A stretch of 64,000 nt of DNA from assembly GCA_030704615.1 (NCBI GenBank), contig CM060734.1, positions 38,254,001 through 38,318,000 of the forward strand, given 5' to 3'. Under the pieces are notes generated by a model. That model was not told where the DNA came from, made no database searches, and was given only the letters and a program-made list of their open reading frames with translations. Source of the stretch: Takakia lepidozioides. Lineage: Eukaryota > Plantae > Bryophyta. Numbering within the stretch: position 1 is the stretch's first letter; each line of letters starts with the position of its first letter. The position numbers and the translations under genes were made by a program. Positions 13,001-24,171 of the stretch are shown here, piece by piece.

Positions 13001-15043
13001 CTTCAAATCTTTGTCAAGTTTCCCAGCCAATGCCAACAACAATGTCGTCTTGCCTGAACTAGGTGGGCCCAACAACAATGTCATTCTGGAATGCACATAG
13101 ACACAAAAGTGATGCATTAATTACACTAAGTCTACATTGTAATTTCCCGTATGAACATTTGAATGATACTAAGAAAGTCCTAAGGCATGGATGATAGGAA
13201 AGTTGAAGAGCCTAAACTTGGTATATTCTATTTTTTAGACAAGTAGTTGCTATAGTTGAATTTCTTTTCAAAGATACATTGTCGTATTTTGGGGATCCCA
13301 AAGCGCCTTCAGAAGGTACTAAAAATGCCTTGGTCAAGAGCTGAGATGTAGAAAGGAGGATCCAAACATGGAAAGTAATACAACAATGCCTCAACAATGT
13401 ATATATCTCACCAATCATCACTTATATCGCTATTCTTACATTGATGTAGACATATTGAGTATCCATTAGATGAAATATGTATACCTAGTATGTCGAGCTT
13501 GCCAAGAAAGAACCGCTTGTCACATATGATGTCACATTCCACATATGAGTCACTACCTAGATTATAGACTAGTAGAGACTTGATGTTTTCAAAGAAATTA
13601 CACGTAGGTAAGTATGAATAGAATTATATGAAAACTTCAGTTTAACATATTTTTTCACCTGCCGGGTTTGATGATACCGCTCACGTCATTTAGTATATTG
13701 AGCACTGCTTTTTTGGTCGGCGAAAGATGAAAAATACCTAAAAAGCTCTGTGTAGAAAAAGCACAACCATTTGATCAAAGTAAAGTTAGAGTATCCATGT
13801 AGACATTTATGTCTGGGAGTTCCCTGAGGCTCTTAAATGTGACCTTTGAACTACACAATAGTCATCTTCATTTTTTATTTCTCTTCTATATCTAAATAGA
13901 TCATTCTCGGATCCAATTACATGGATGGATGAGCACTCTATGGAAATGTTTGAATGATAAACTCAACTTTTGTAGGTCCATCAAATTAGTACGTACCTCA
14001 ACAAGGTTACGCGCAGTATTCCAAAGGGTTGGCAAAGCTCGGTTTCCCACGTAGCAATCCGCATTTATTGTCAGATTCTCATACCGAACCTCTACTGTGG
14101 GTAGATCTATTCCCACACTGAATGGAACATGTACATGTCCACGTATTTTGATGTTAGATAGGCTAAACAGAGACTCCACAATGATGACTTCCAAACTTAA
14201 TTACTATGTCACGTCATACAATACTTGATAACTTTAAAGACTACCCAATTGTGACAATACATGTACTTAGAATATGAGCTTTATCGTCATACCATCACCA
14301 TAGACTGCCTTTTAGTATCACAATTGCAAATCATTGCACCAAACTTAACTCACTAATAGCACTGTATTGAAAAAGAATTCTTGAACATAGTTGATTTTGT
14401 GACTATTGATATTAATCTTCATGAATCTCATGACAGATTTGTGTAACTTTTGTACTTAAAGGCCCTTGAGAGAAGACATTTTGTTCAAAAGAGTTATTGA
14501 GTTTACGCTGCACTTTCTTCGCCTCGTGCAAAAATCACTCATGGCGCATACTTGAAATGACAAATGTTGATCTTGTCTTCTCTAGCATTTGTAGTACAAA
14601 AGTGAAACGAAACTCTTCAACCAACAAATGAGTATATGCACATACTTGTCCATGCGTCTGCGCATTTTTGCGAGGAATTTCTCGTTGTCATCGTCTGTGG
14701 TTTGGAAAATCTGGTCAAGAAGATTCGCACGGTCCTGATATGAAATCTCTCTGACATCAACTACGCCCCCCACTGCTTTTTGTAAGACAGTATTGCGTAA
14801 TCGATCGTACGTGGGCAGCCTCTCCAATGCTGCCCACCACAAGGCCTCTTCGTCATCTTCTTGTATTTCTCTGCGGGAAGCAGATGATCTAGAAAGGGGG
14901 TTATCAGCACCACCCAACATGCTCCAATTAGCTCGACCGCTCCCGCTTCGCCAACTCCCGCTTCGCAAACTCCCGCTTCGCATGTTGTCGCCCCATTTGC
15001 CGCTACCCAACCCTTGTATCTCTCCGACCGTAGGAGTTGCCAT
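4027..15043 (-). CDS. Full-size ABCG / pleiotropic drug resistance (PDR) transporter, about 1500 aa, 23 exons
   Basis: Exons: 15043-14646, 14117-13997, 13747-13659, 13085-13001, 12829-12670, 12462-12386, 12022-11969, 11838-11748, 11519-11218, 11021-10740, 10448-10132, 9603-9339, 8976-8820, 8581-8441, 8088-7901, 7611-7279, 7060-6770, 6621-6538, 6301-6168, 5914-5687, 5437-5266, 4855-4601, 4305-4027 (sum 4503 nt, in frame). Motifs: [85 protein letters not shown]-terminal LNFQRR. Confidence 0.97.
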
Positions 15044-17589
15044 GTCGGCCTTGACAACTCTACAATTCTCTTTAAATTTTCCTTCACAATCTCCCTCTAC
15101 ATGAATGTGTATGTTGCAAGTTATTTGAATTATTCTACTCCTCACTTCATTAAATTCTAATAATTCAACAACCTCATGCACTATGTACTCTACCAAATTG
15201 GGCACCAATCAGATTGCAGTTGATCTATTCGTTTGAAGAATTTTGAGTTCAGAACAGAGGATTCTCTACAACTACGATGATCTTCCCACCAAACTGTGGT
15301 TTCACGAATTCCATCATTTGTCTCAAAAGTCTATACAAAGAGGGGTATGTACATGATCTAAGAGTTGTCTAGTTTAACGTGTCTAGTGTCTAAGTGTGAC
15401 TAGTCTAAGACAAATGAAGATTTATCTCAGTAAATAAAGCCCCTAGCTTCAGGTCCAGTGCAAGCTCGCAAGATTGTTACGAAAATAGATGGATACATTT
15501 GTGCACAAAAGCTCTCTTGAGAACGAGAGCAAGAGTGAGAAAGAACGTGTTTGAAAACAAGACAACACAGTGTATATGTACTGTGATAGGACTAGTCATA
15601 ATCACGGCCAGTCCTGGAGTTTGCTTCAGTGACCAGTCCTCCATATCCACGGCCCATATTACATCTTCTTCAGATTTTTGTTTGGGGTGACTTACTAGTC
15701 AACCACCGACAGGTGAATGGATGAACAGTCATACGTCTCCGCGTTAAAACTTGGTAGAAGTCTTCATGGTTTTTAGAAGAAGAAGACTGAGGCCAAAGTC
15801 GACGTAACTGAGAGCCACTTCGCCAACGGCTACCGTCATATGATTTTCACAATTTTGTCCATCTGCGCCCCTTCCGGGTCAATAGTCAAATTAGAACACC
15901 GTAAAATATAGGCCATCAATGGTGACCAATATAATAGAATCATGCAAGTTCTCCTTTGGAAGGTTTGCAATGTAGCCCTTAAGAGCTTCCAAACCTAGTT
16001 TACCAATTTTGGGGTCGTACACCAACCCCTGCCCACTAAAACTGCCACGCTTGGTATCCGGATGGAATAGAGAAATCCTAAGCATATAACATGGGGTCCA
16101 CTCATATGTTATTTTCAGAATGTATTAGGGTACAACTTAAAATATTATAATGTTTTAGTGTGTTGAAATTTTGATTATTTTACGTGTGTTTAAATTATTT
16201 TAAAATTTGAATGGTTATTCTATCAAAAAATTTACCCTTTATATTTTTCTTCTCAGCAAATATTTTGGAGGATAAAGTACGCCAAGTGTAGTGCCTACTC
16301 GGAAAAAAAAAAATCCAATTTGGATGAGACTTAAAGATATCCATTCGTCTTGACGGGTCAAAAGTTTTGCTTAGATTCTAGCTTTTGATTTTGAGATGGA
16401 AGGACATCTTAGATGTAAGACGCTTTCCAAACACAACTTGTACCATCCCAATCAAGTTTTATGCATTTGGATGCCATTTCACGCTAGATTGGGCCTGTCC
16501 TACGTGAAGTCACATGTTTTGTCGAAACATGCATATGCCCCATGAGTTTGCATATGTGACCTGTCGTATTGGGGGGCCACGTCCTCAACCCTTGGTCCAT
16601 GGCATACAAAAATAGCCAGTGCGACGTAGCCATGCAAGGCTGACCATTGGGGTTCCATAAAACAGGTGGGGCACCACACATGCAGATTTGGGCAGGTCTA
16701 GTAAAAATAGCTGATGTGAATTACTTGTAAACTTCATAACAAATGAAGGGTTCATCAGTGTCCTCAGATTGAGTTTTTTGGAATTCATTTAAGCTTTGCT
16801 GTGCTATTTGGATTTTTGTATGTTTGAAATGTTGAATGACAAATGGATGAGCTCTATTTCACATCCCTCATTCAGCCAATTTTTGTGCGAGAGTTTGTCA
16901 TGTTGTTTGGACTAGTGTTGGGTGCGGTTATCCAACAATGATAAGTTATCGGCTTAGTTATCTATACATGAAGCAGGCACGGATATGGAGAATTCATTAC
17001 CCATGAGTATAGACCAAGCAGTTATACACAACTTGAAACCCACTGTCTGCTACACATCATCGAGATTTTGGTTGTGAAGTAACTGGAACATGCAATAGCT
17101 TTAATGAGAACATGTCATGTTGTAGATATACAGATCATTAGTAAGTGCAGGGTGTTGCTATGAATTTGATGGCTCTGTCTTTTAGGGTAGGGAGTGCGCA
17201 TCAACTTGGCCAAATGGTTCTTAACCTTATATCATGGACATAGACGATCATACTCGGACACTGCTATTTAGCTTTTTTCTAATACCCTCTCATAGCCTAC
17301 ACATCATTCTTGGAAGTTGAAATTGTTGTCGTACTTTGTTCATTATCAAATTTTCATCTTCATATCGCTCCAAAAAACCCTCCACAATCATATGCATGTA
17401 ATATATGCTTTAGCAATTTCTTGGTATGGGAAGAGAAAAACTCTACTGAAATAATGAACTAGAATATTTAATTGCGAAGATTGCATACATAGTTTTAGGA
17501 AATATACAATACTATAATACATGGATATAATAATGACAATAAATTTGGGATACTATGATGTCGAGACCACAATGTAATTACCAATCCCC

Positions 17590-18160
17590 TATGAATCCCA
17601 GTGCATCTCCTATGTTGAGGCCAAGTGCAACCTCTAGTGTAGTCTGTGTCCTTGGCCCAAGTGTCCAGTGTCATCTATCTCCAAGTGCAATCCCCTATGT
17701 ATCCAGAGACCCCACTCTTTGGGAGATCTATAGTAGCCTGTGCCATTGGCCCATGTGTGAAGAATTGAAATCTAAGCCCAAGTGCAATCTCCTATGTATC
17801 CAAGTGCGTCTCCCGTGTAGAGGCCCAGGTGCGACCTCCAGTGTCCAATGTCACCTAAGTCCAAGTGCAATCCCAAAGCCCACTTTGCTATTTTTGCAAT
17901 CTCTCCTGTCGAGGTTTAATCTATTGATATATCCACTTTGCTATTTTTTACAAATTTCCAGCGACCAAAAGTACTTGAAATTAGAAATCTGCCACATGAA
18001 GGGCCAATCATTGCTCCACGAAAGCCCACTTTGCTATTTTTCCCGAATTTCCAATGGCCAAAAATACTTGGAATTTGACATCTTCCACACAAACAAAACA
18101 AACATCTCGATTCACATATCGATGGCATGTGCCATTGAGGTCTTTTGCTATTTTTCATGA
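17590..18160. repeat. Minisatellite-like arrays
   Basis: Recurring CCAAGTGCAATC(T/C)CCTATGT units at 17590-17875. About four CCACTTTGCTATTTTT-like units lie near 17880, 17934, 18027 and (partial) 18143. Confidence 0.7.
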
Positions 18161-18229
18161 ATTTCCAGTCATAATTGTTTTTAAAGAAAAACTTGAAACT
18201 CAATGTCTTCCAAAAATTATGAAACTGCC

Positions 18230-18366
18230 TTGATGCACCCCTACTCATCGAGGGCTTTCTAGCAGTATCGAGACCTCATGTGGAGGCCTTGCGCTTTGGG
18301 AGATCTCAACAACGAAGCAAAACAAACAAACAAAACAAAACAAACTACCTTGGTTAACATATTGAT
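18230..18366 (-). mobile_element. Putative Helitron 5' terminal segment
   Basis: The minus strand begins A|TCAATATGTTAACCAAGGTAGTTTGTTTTGTTTTGTTTG, i.e. a TC start after an A followed by GTTT repeats. The assignment rests on recalled similarity to bryophyte repeats. No 3' end was located. Confidence 0.35.
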
Positions 18367-18597
18367 TATGACTTACATGATGAACCTTTTTTTTTTTTTC
18401 CAACCTCCTCTCTAGGAATAGATATCATGAGTTGAAAATCAATGAAGTCATTACGCCCTTTGTAAAAAATAGGTACAACTCACTGAAATGGTTACAACAC
18501 CATTAAATAGTTTAAAAAAGTACCACAATATCTCTTCACCCCAATTGTATGTTATAAAAATATTAAAATATCATTATAATAATTTGACTAAAATCTA

Positions 18598-19039
18598 TTT
18601 ATTCATGAATTTAATTTTAGATTTATAATTACAAACATACTATTATGCACTACATGTTCAATACTTGGCACAATCTTATTTGATCTATTGTAGATGACCC
18701 ACAATGTATTTGACCCGAACTTGGCTCAAAGATAACTACACAGATGTATATATATAGGTTGCACTCATTTATGTCAACAACAATATCACTTCCCTCCAAA
18801 CATATGTTTCTAAAAATATTCATACATCTTCAATAATTATAATAATTTATCAAAACTTATTCATTCATGATTTTAATTTATAAATTTGTATTACAAAATC
18901 TACTATTATACACTAGATGGTCAAAAACTTGGTCCAATTGTATTGTATCTATTGTAGATGACTCACAATGCCTTTGACCCGAACGTGGCTCAAAGGTAAC
19001 TACATATATATAGGTTGCACTCATTTATGTCAACAACAA
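18598..19039 (+). repeat. Direct repeat of about 185 bp, two copies about 260 bp apart
   Basis: 18598-18783 and 18857-19039 share ATCTATTGTAGATGAC.CACAATG...TTTGACCCGAAC.TGGCTCAAAG and TATATAGGTTGCACTCATTTATGTCAACAACAA. Confidence 0.85.
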
Positions 19040-19521
19040 CTAAATTGAGGATGAAAAAATTGAGACACTAAACCATTTTTAGCGGCCTCTCACTTTTTTA
19101 TATTAAGGTCTTTAATGCACTTATGGGCCCATCAGTACGGCCCATGAGGTCATAAGCCCAATGCCATCCACCATGTCTGCCGGAGGATCCATTGGTCTAG
19201 TCTGTTCTGGAGATCAATCTGCTGGAGGGTCCACCCACTCTACAGAGTTTGCTGGACCCCAGAGTCCGCTGGAGGGTCCACTCTACAATCCAGTCCACTA
19301 TGCAGAGTCGGCTGGGGTGTCCACTCTGCACTCCAAGGCTGGGGCGTCCATCTGCCAGTGCATATGAGGTCACAAGCCACAAGCAAGTCCATCACACCCA
19401 CCCCCATAGAAGAAGAAGAAGGACTTCAAAAAATTTCAAAAATAACAAGTATACAAAATGTTTAATTAATAACAATTGATAAAAATTGAACACCAAACTT
19501 CATACATCTTATGAATTGCAG

Positions 19522-20552
19522 CCCTCACGATTCGTCGGCATGGAAAGACACCGAAGAACAATGGCCTTTTCTGAAGGACGATCCAAGACATGTTCGGCTC
19601 GGCTTCTCAGCAGATGGTGTAAACCCATTCTCAGTCCAGTCAACTAGCCATTCAACCTAGCCTGTGACTTTGGTTAACTACAACATCCTTCCTTATCTTG
19701 CTATCAAAAAGGGTCATATCATGTTGGCTGCCATTGTGCCAGGTGAATAACACAACTCTTTTTTGTTGCTTTAGGATGTACGTGGTAGTACAATGTCGAA
19801 TATATATGGAACTAAGAATATTATCTGTTCTGTTCGAATTTCAAACGATCTGATAATTATTGTAAATAATTTGTGTTGTAGGGAAAAAACAAGTGAAGGA
19901 TATGGATGTGTATCTGTGTCCATTGGTTGACGAACTCAAGATATTATGGAATGAAGTTCCAGCTTATGATGCATCGGCACCTACTGACCAACGTTCTTTT
20001 ATCGAGGGCTTTTGCTATGGACAATGCATGACTATCCAGGTACAATTTAATTTGATATTATCTATAATATATATATTCTACTGTATATCATGTGTTTGTA
20101 TGTACTCGTCATGATTTTTCTTTAGTATGAATCGAGCGCAAACATGTTTTTCATGTTTGTGCTCGGTTCATTGAACTTATACGAGGACCACAATGTTAAA
20201 TCCCAACTAAATTCATGGTTTTGTGTAGGGCTTTCAGTTTGTTCGGGACTAAGCACAAAGGGGTACGCAAGATGTTCATGTTGTGGGCCGGATAACCTAG
20301 ATGCAAAGCATTCAAAGAACATCGGGAAAATGATCTATCCCAACTACTGAAAATTTCTTCCTCTCCACCATCCATGGAGAACGAGAGGCAAGAAATTATT
20401 TGATGGAACTGTGGAGATGAGACCTCCACCCATGCATCCACCCGAGTCATTTTGGAAAGGCCGGTGGAAAGAGGTGTTTGATAAAAAAACGTCGTAAAAA
20501 GAGGTGTGGCATGTCCCGGCTCTCAATCTTCTACGAGTTGCCTTATTGGGAG
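19522..20552 (+). pseudogene. CACTA/En-Spm Tnp2-type (Transposase_21) transposase pseudogene with three exon remnants
   Basis: Exons: 19522-19742 (PHDSSAWK...PRHVRLGFSADGVNPF...ST*PVTLVNYNILP), 19882-20039 (KDMDVYLCPLVDELKILW...WTMHDYP) and 20229-20552 (GLSTKGYARCSCCG...HPWR...SIFYELPYWE), joined by GT-AG introns. Stops at 19658 and 20348, plus frameshifts. Confidence 0.9.
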
Positions 20553-20622
20553 GTACATGTCCGAAATGCATTGACATTAGGGAAGAACACATGTGGCAAT
20601 AGTCAAATAGTGAGGACGTTTC

Positions 20623-21190
20623 CAGTGTTGGACTGGTATACTCATAAAAAAGTGGTATCAATATTGGTATGTATACTGGTATGAAGTACCAGACCAGTCT
20701 GGTATCACCTCAGGCCACTACCTAGCATATACTAGTGTTGGCCTGGTATCTGCTTCCTAATACTATGGACGATACCCTACCAGTCTGGTAGGTGGTTGAA
20801 AATCTGGTGCCTGATATCAGTACCAGATCTATTTTTGTGAGGAAAACCTGTATCAATACTTTGAGGAACTTGAGGAATACTTTGAGGAATAAAATCAATG
20901 AGAAGCATGCTTGCACACATTTATATGAGAAGTGGGCCTTCAAAAAATTTATCATATCATGAGTTTTTTTATACCAGACGAGTATTGATAATACCCTGGT
21001 ATCGATTTCTAAAAACTCTTGCTATTGATACCCGTAAAACACCACACCAATAAGGTATTATTGATACCCCATGGTATCCAAATCTCAGATTTTTGCCAAT
21101 ACCAGTACCTCCCTAGTATCACAATTGGCGAGAGGCCTATATACCAGTACCAGCCTGGTGTGTTCAAAATACGATACTAGTCCAACACTG
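20623..21190. mobile_element. hAT-type non-autonomous element (MITE-like, 568 bp)
   Basis: TIRs CAGTGTTGGACTGGTAT / ATACTAGTCCAACACTG match at 16 of 17. The 8-bp flanks GACGTTTC / GACATTTT differ by two transitions. GGTAT/ATACC subterminal repeats are present, with an internal TIR-like copy at 20733. Confidence 0.85.
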
Positions 21191-22257
21191 GACATTTTAT
21201 GGATACTTGTTGCTTATTAATATCCTATGCATTATCCAATGTATATCATTTGACTTTGATGTTGACGGTTAATGAATTTTAAGTCATGCAACTTCACAAA
21301 GATAATTGATTTATTCCTTCATAATAATATTATTATCTAATTTAATTTAAATATGAAATTATATCGAGTTTGATTTAACCCTTAACTTTCTACGCGACCC
21401 GTTTCAGGTCGATGTGTCTGGAGGACCATCCTAACTTTTGCAGATGATTTTTTTTTTCATCCATTCCTTCTAGCATTTATTGCACATGAGGTGGCCCAAC
21501 TGCTCCAATTTATTGCATGTCATTTAGAGCAGGTAGGCGACCTCTAGATTTTCCTAAAGGGACAGGGTCAGAAAACAATGGGTGGAGGAGAGTTGACTAT
21601 ACACGCGGCCCCCCCTCATTGGGCCACCCCAGTCCCTGAATTTGCAATGTGAATTTCGGTTTTCTCCGTTAGATCATATTGAAAATTTGCCTATTGCTTC
21701 AAGATGTTGTAACATAGCCCCTCACCAGAGGAATTTTTTCAATTTTGGTTTTTGGGATGACATGTTTTGGAGGGAAGCTTCAAGTTTGCATGTGTTTGTT
21801 AGGGATGAACATGTCAACCCTCACCCAAAACACATACAAAGCAGCATATGCAAGAAAATGTTGGTTTGGTGTGAAAGGGTTATAGAGTAATCCGGATATA
21901 AATAATCATGAAATATAATTTTTTGTTAAACAGGGGGATTGTAGCCCTGATTTAACTTTATTGAGATTTACTTGCAATTGTTTTAAAATTTTATTTAATC
22001 AATTTAAATTATTAAAATTCTAATAAAATATTAAATATTTTATTTGATTTTCTTGTATCCGGTATTTTGGCTATATATCCAACCTTTTTATATCCGGCGG
22101 GTAGGATCCTATCCGGATCCTCCATTTTATGTATCTGTTGGATATAAATAATAACCGGATATCAAATAGTTGCCGTATCCGGATACATTGATATCCGGGT
22201 TGATATCCTACTATTGATATCTTGATGACGCTATATCCGCCCAACACTGGTATGTAC

Positions 22258-23324
22258 TAGTGTTGTGCGGTTCTTGCCCTCCGGTTCCGGTTCCTTGGTG
22301 TATTTAAAGAGACGGTTCCGCATCCGAATCCGGTTCTTTTTTATGAAGTGGTTCCGGTTCCAGTTCCAAAATTCATGAGCAGATTCCGGTTCCGGTTCTG
22401 GGTATTTTTTGGGAAGGAACCGCCGGTTCCAGTTTCCGGTTCTGGTTCTCTATTTTTTGAATTTAAAAATATATATTAAATTTTTGATCTTTTTTATAAA
22501 TCTGAAAATGATTTGTGAATCCCCATTAGTTATATCAAATCTTTTGACCATGTTGAAAAGAAACAACACAACATTCATATACAAATTTATGAAATAATAA
22601 TAATGCAATGTAAGCGAGTATAAATTAATGTGTGTAGAGTACACAACGAAATCATTTTATCTCAAACAACTCGGCCTTTGCAATCAACTCCTCGTTGTCA
22701 TCTAAGTGGACTTCCTCACTATTCAAAAACAGACGTGAGAGACGATACAACGTAGAAAAAAAAAAAAAAAAACTGCTGTCTACGACGCTACCTCCCTGCG
22801 TTGCTCCCTCCCCCGTGCTGATGCTCGCGCTGCCGCAGCACATCGCGCAGGTGCGAGGTGCGAGACTACAGAACCAGGAAAACCAACCAAAAAAAAAAAC
22901 GCTGCTCCCTCCCTCACGCGCTGAGGCGCTGCCCCACGCGCTGATCCGTCTCCCCCGCTCTGAGGCGCGTTGCTCCTTCCTCCCCGTGCTGCTATGCGCT
23001 GCTCCCTTCCCCCCACTAAAGTCGCGCTACTGCAGCAGATCGCGCAGATTGGAGGTGAGAGCACGAAACGAAGGAAAAAAAAAAAAAAAAAACCCCGGTT
23101 CCAGTTCCCAGCCGGTTCCTGGAAAAACCCATACCCGCGGGGTCCAGTTCTGGAACCTGCTCGTCCCTGATCCCCCGGTTCCGGTACCAGTACTGGTTCC
23201 TCGAACCCATACCCGCCGGGTCCTGTTCTGGAACCTACTCGTGCCTGATCCCCCGGTTCCGATTCCGGTTCCTGGGTGCCGCTTCCGGTTCCAACCCGCC
23301 TAAGCGGGTACCCGCACAACACTG
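22258..23324. mobile_element. hAT-type non-autonomous element (1067 bp)
   Basis: TIRs TAGTGTTGTGCGG / CCGCACAACACTG. TSD GTATGTAC (22250-22257) / GTACGTAC (23325-23332). Numerous CCGGTTC subterminal repeats occur at both ends. Confidence 0.9.
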
Positions 23325-23873
23325 GTACGTACCTACCACCACGTTTTCTATCCATTTGGAGCTGTGATATGAAGTTTTCATCCCCGTAGCAGGTAGGTAG
23401 GTAGTTAAGAATAAGAGAGAGAGAGAGAAGAGTCCGGCCGTAGACGGCGTAACTAAGAGCCACTTCGCCTTAGGGCTACTGCCCCTTTCGGGGGTGGGCC
23501 CTATTAGAATACCACATATAGTACCCCTCCTCAAATCCAGTAGAAACACGCCACGTCAGCGAGTCTGCTCTAAAAATCGGTTAAGTTCTTACCTCAATTC
23601 TAGTATGCTCCGTTTTGGATGGTGTTAGTATTTGTGACTTTGTGTTCTTGCATATTACTAATTTGGTAAGTATATGGAAGCCTATTTGCAGAGCCTACAT
23701 CTGTCCTTCGTATTCGATTTCCGTGGAAACATGGGTACCCTATGGCCTCCATTTTTCTGCCGTCACCCCCCATTGATGTAATTCATTACACTTATGCACA
23801 CCCCAGTTATTACTTATGGGCCTAGAGGTTCAGTTTGCAACTTTGCAGGTTTAGCAAAAACGTGCTCGGGCCA

Positions 23874-23897
23874 TTAGGGTTAGGGTTAGGGTTAGGG
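23874..23897 (+). repeat. (TTAGGG)4 telomere-like tract / telo-box-like element at the CstF64 5' end
   Basis: Four exact TTAGGG units lie just upstream of a probable 5' UTR intron (donor 23941, acceptor 24169). A site II-like TGGGCC is at about 23817. Confidence 0.85.
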
Positions 23898-24171
23898 GGA
23901 AGTGATGAGTGTAAAATAGCAACCGTGTTGGTTACTGCAGGTAACTTGCTATACAGTGGCAGGAGCAGTTCCAAGCTTGCTGCCGCTCATTTGCCTTGTC
24001 AGGCAGGCTTTCCATGTACAAGCTGGGAGCAGAGGGAAGGGAAGGGCAGGGAGGGAAGTTGTTGGAATGGATGCAGTCTATGGAAGCAGTGCTTCTCACC
24101 ATCACTGCACTGCAGCATCTGCTATAATACCACAGCTAGCCGTTTATGTGTAGAATGCTCTTTCCTCAGCT

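Larger units (their letters stand above)
16913..22249. mobile_element. Probable hAT-type non-autonomous element hosting nested insertions
   Basis: Left end TAGTGTTGGGTGCGG at 16913 and right end CCGCCCAACACTG at 22249. Flanking 8-mers GTTTGGAC / GTATGTAC match at 6 of 8. Dense ATCCGG/GGATAT subterminal repeats at 21890-22240. The right end is solid, but pairing it with the left end is an inference. Confidence 0.55.

Noticed and set aside
17876-18160. Spaced CCACTTTGCTATTTTT repeats as a CRISPR-like array
   Set aside because: Eukaryotic context, irregular spacing, mutually similar spacers and no cas genes.
17555-18248. 201-aa and 110-aa ORFs
   Set aside because: They are translations of minisatellite repeats with no protein-family features.
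22695-23549. 202-aa and 227-aa overlapping ORFs
   Set aside because: They arise from GC-rich subterminal repeats and poly-A runs of the hAT-type element.
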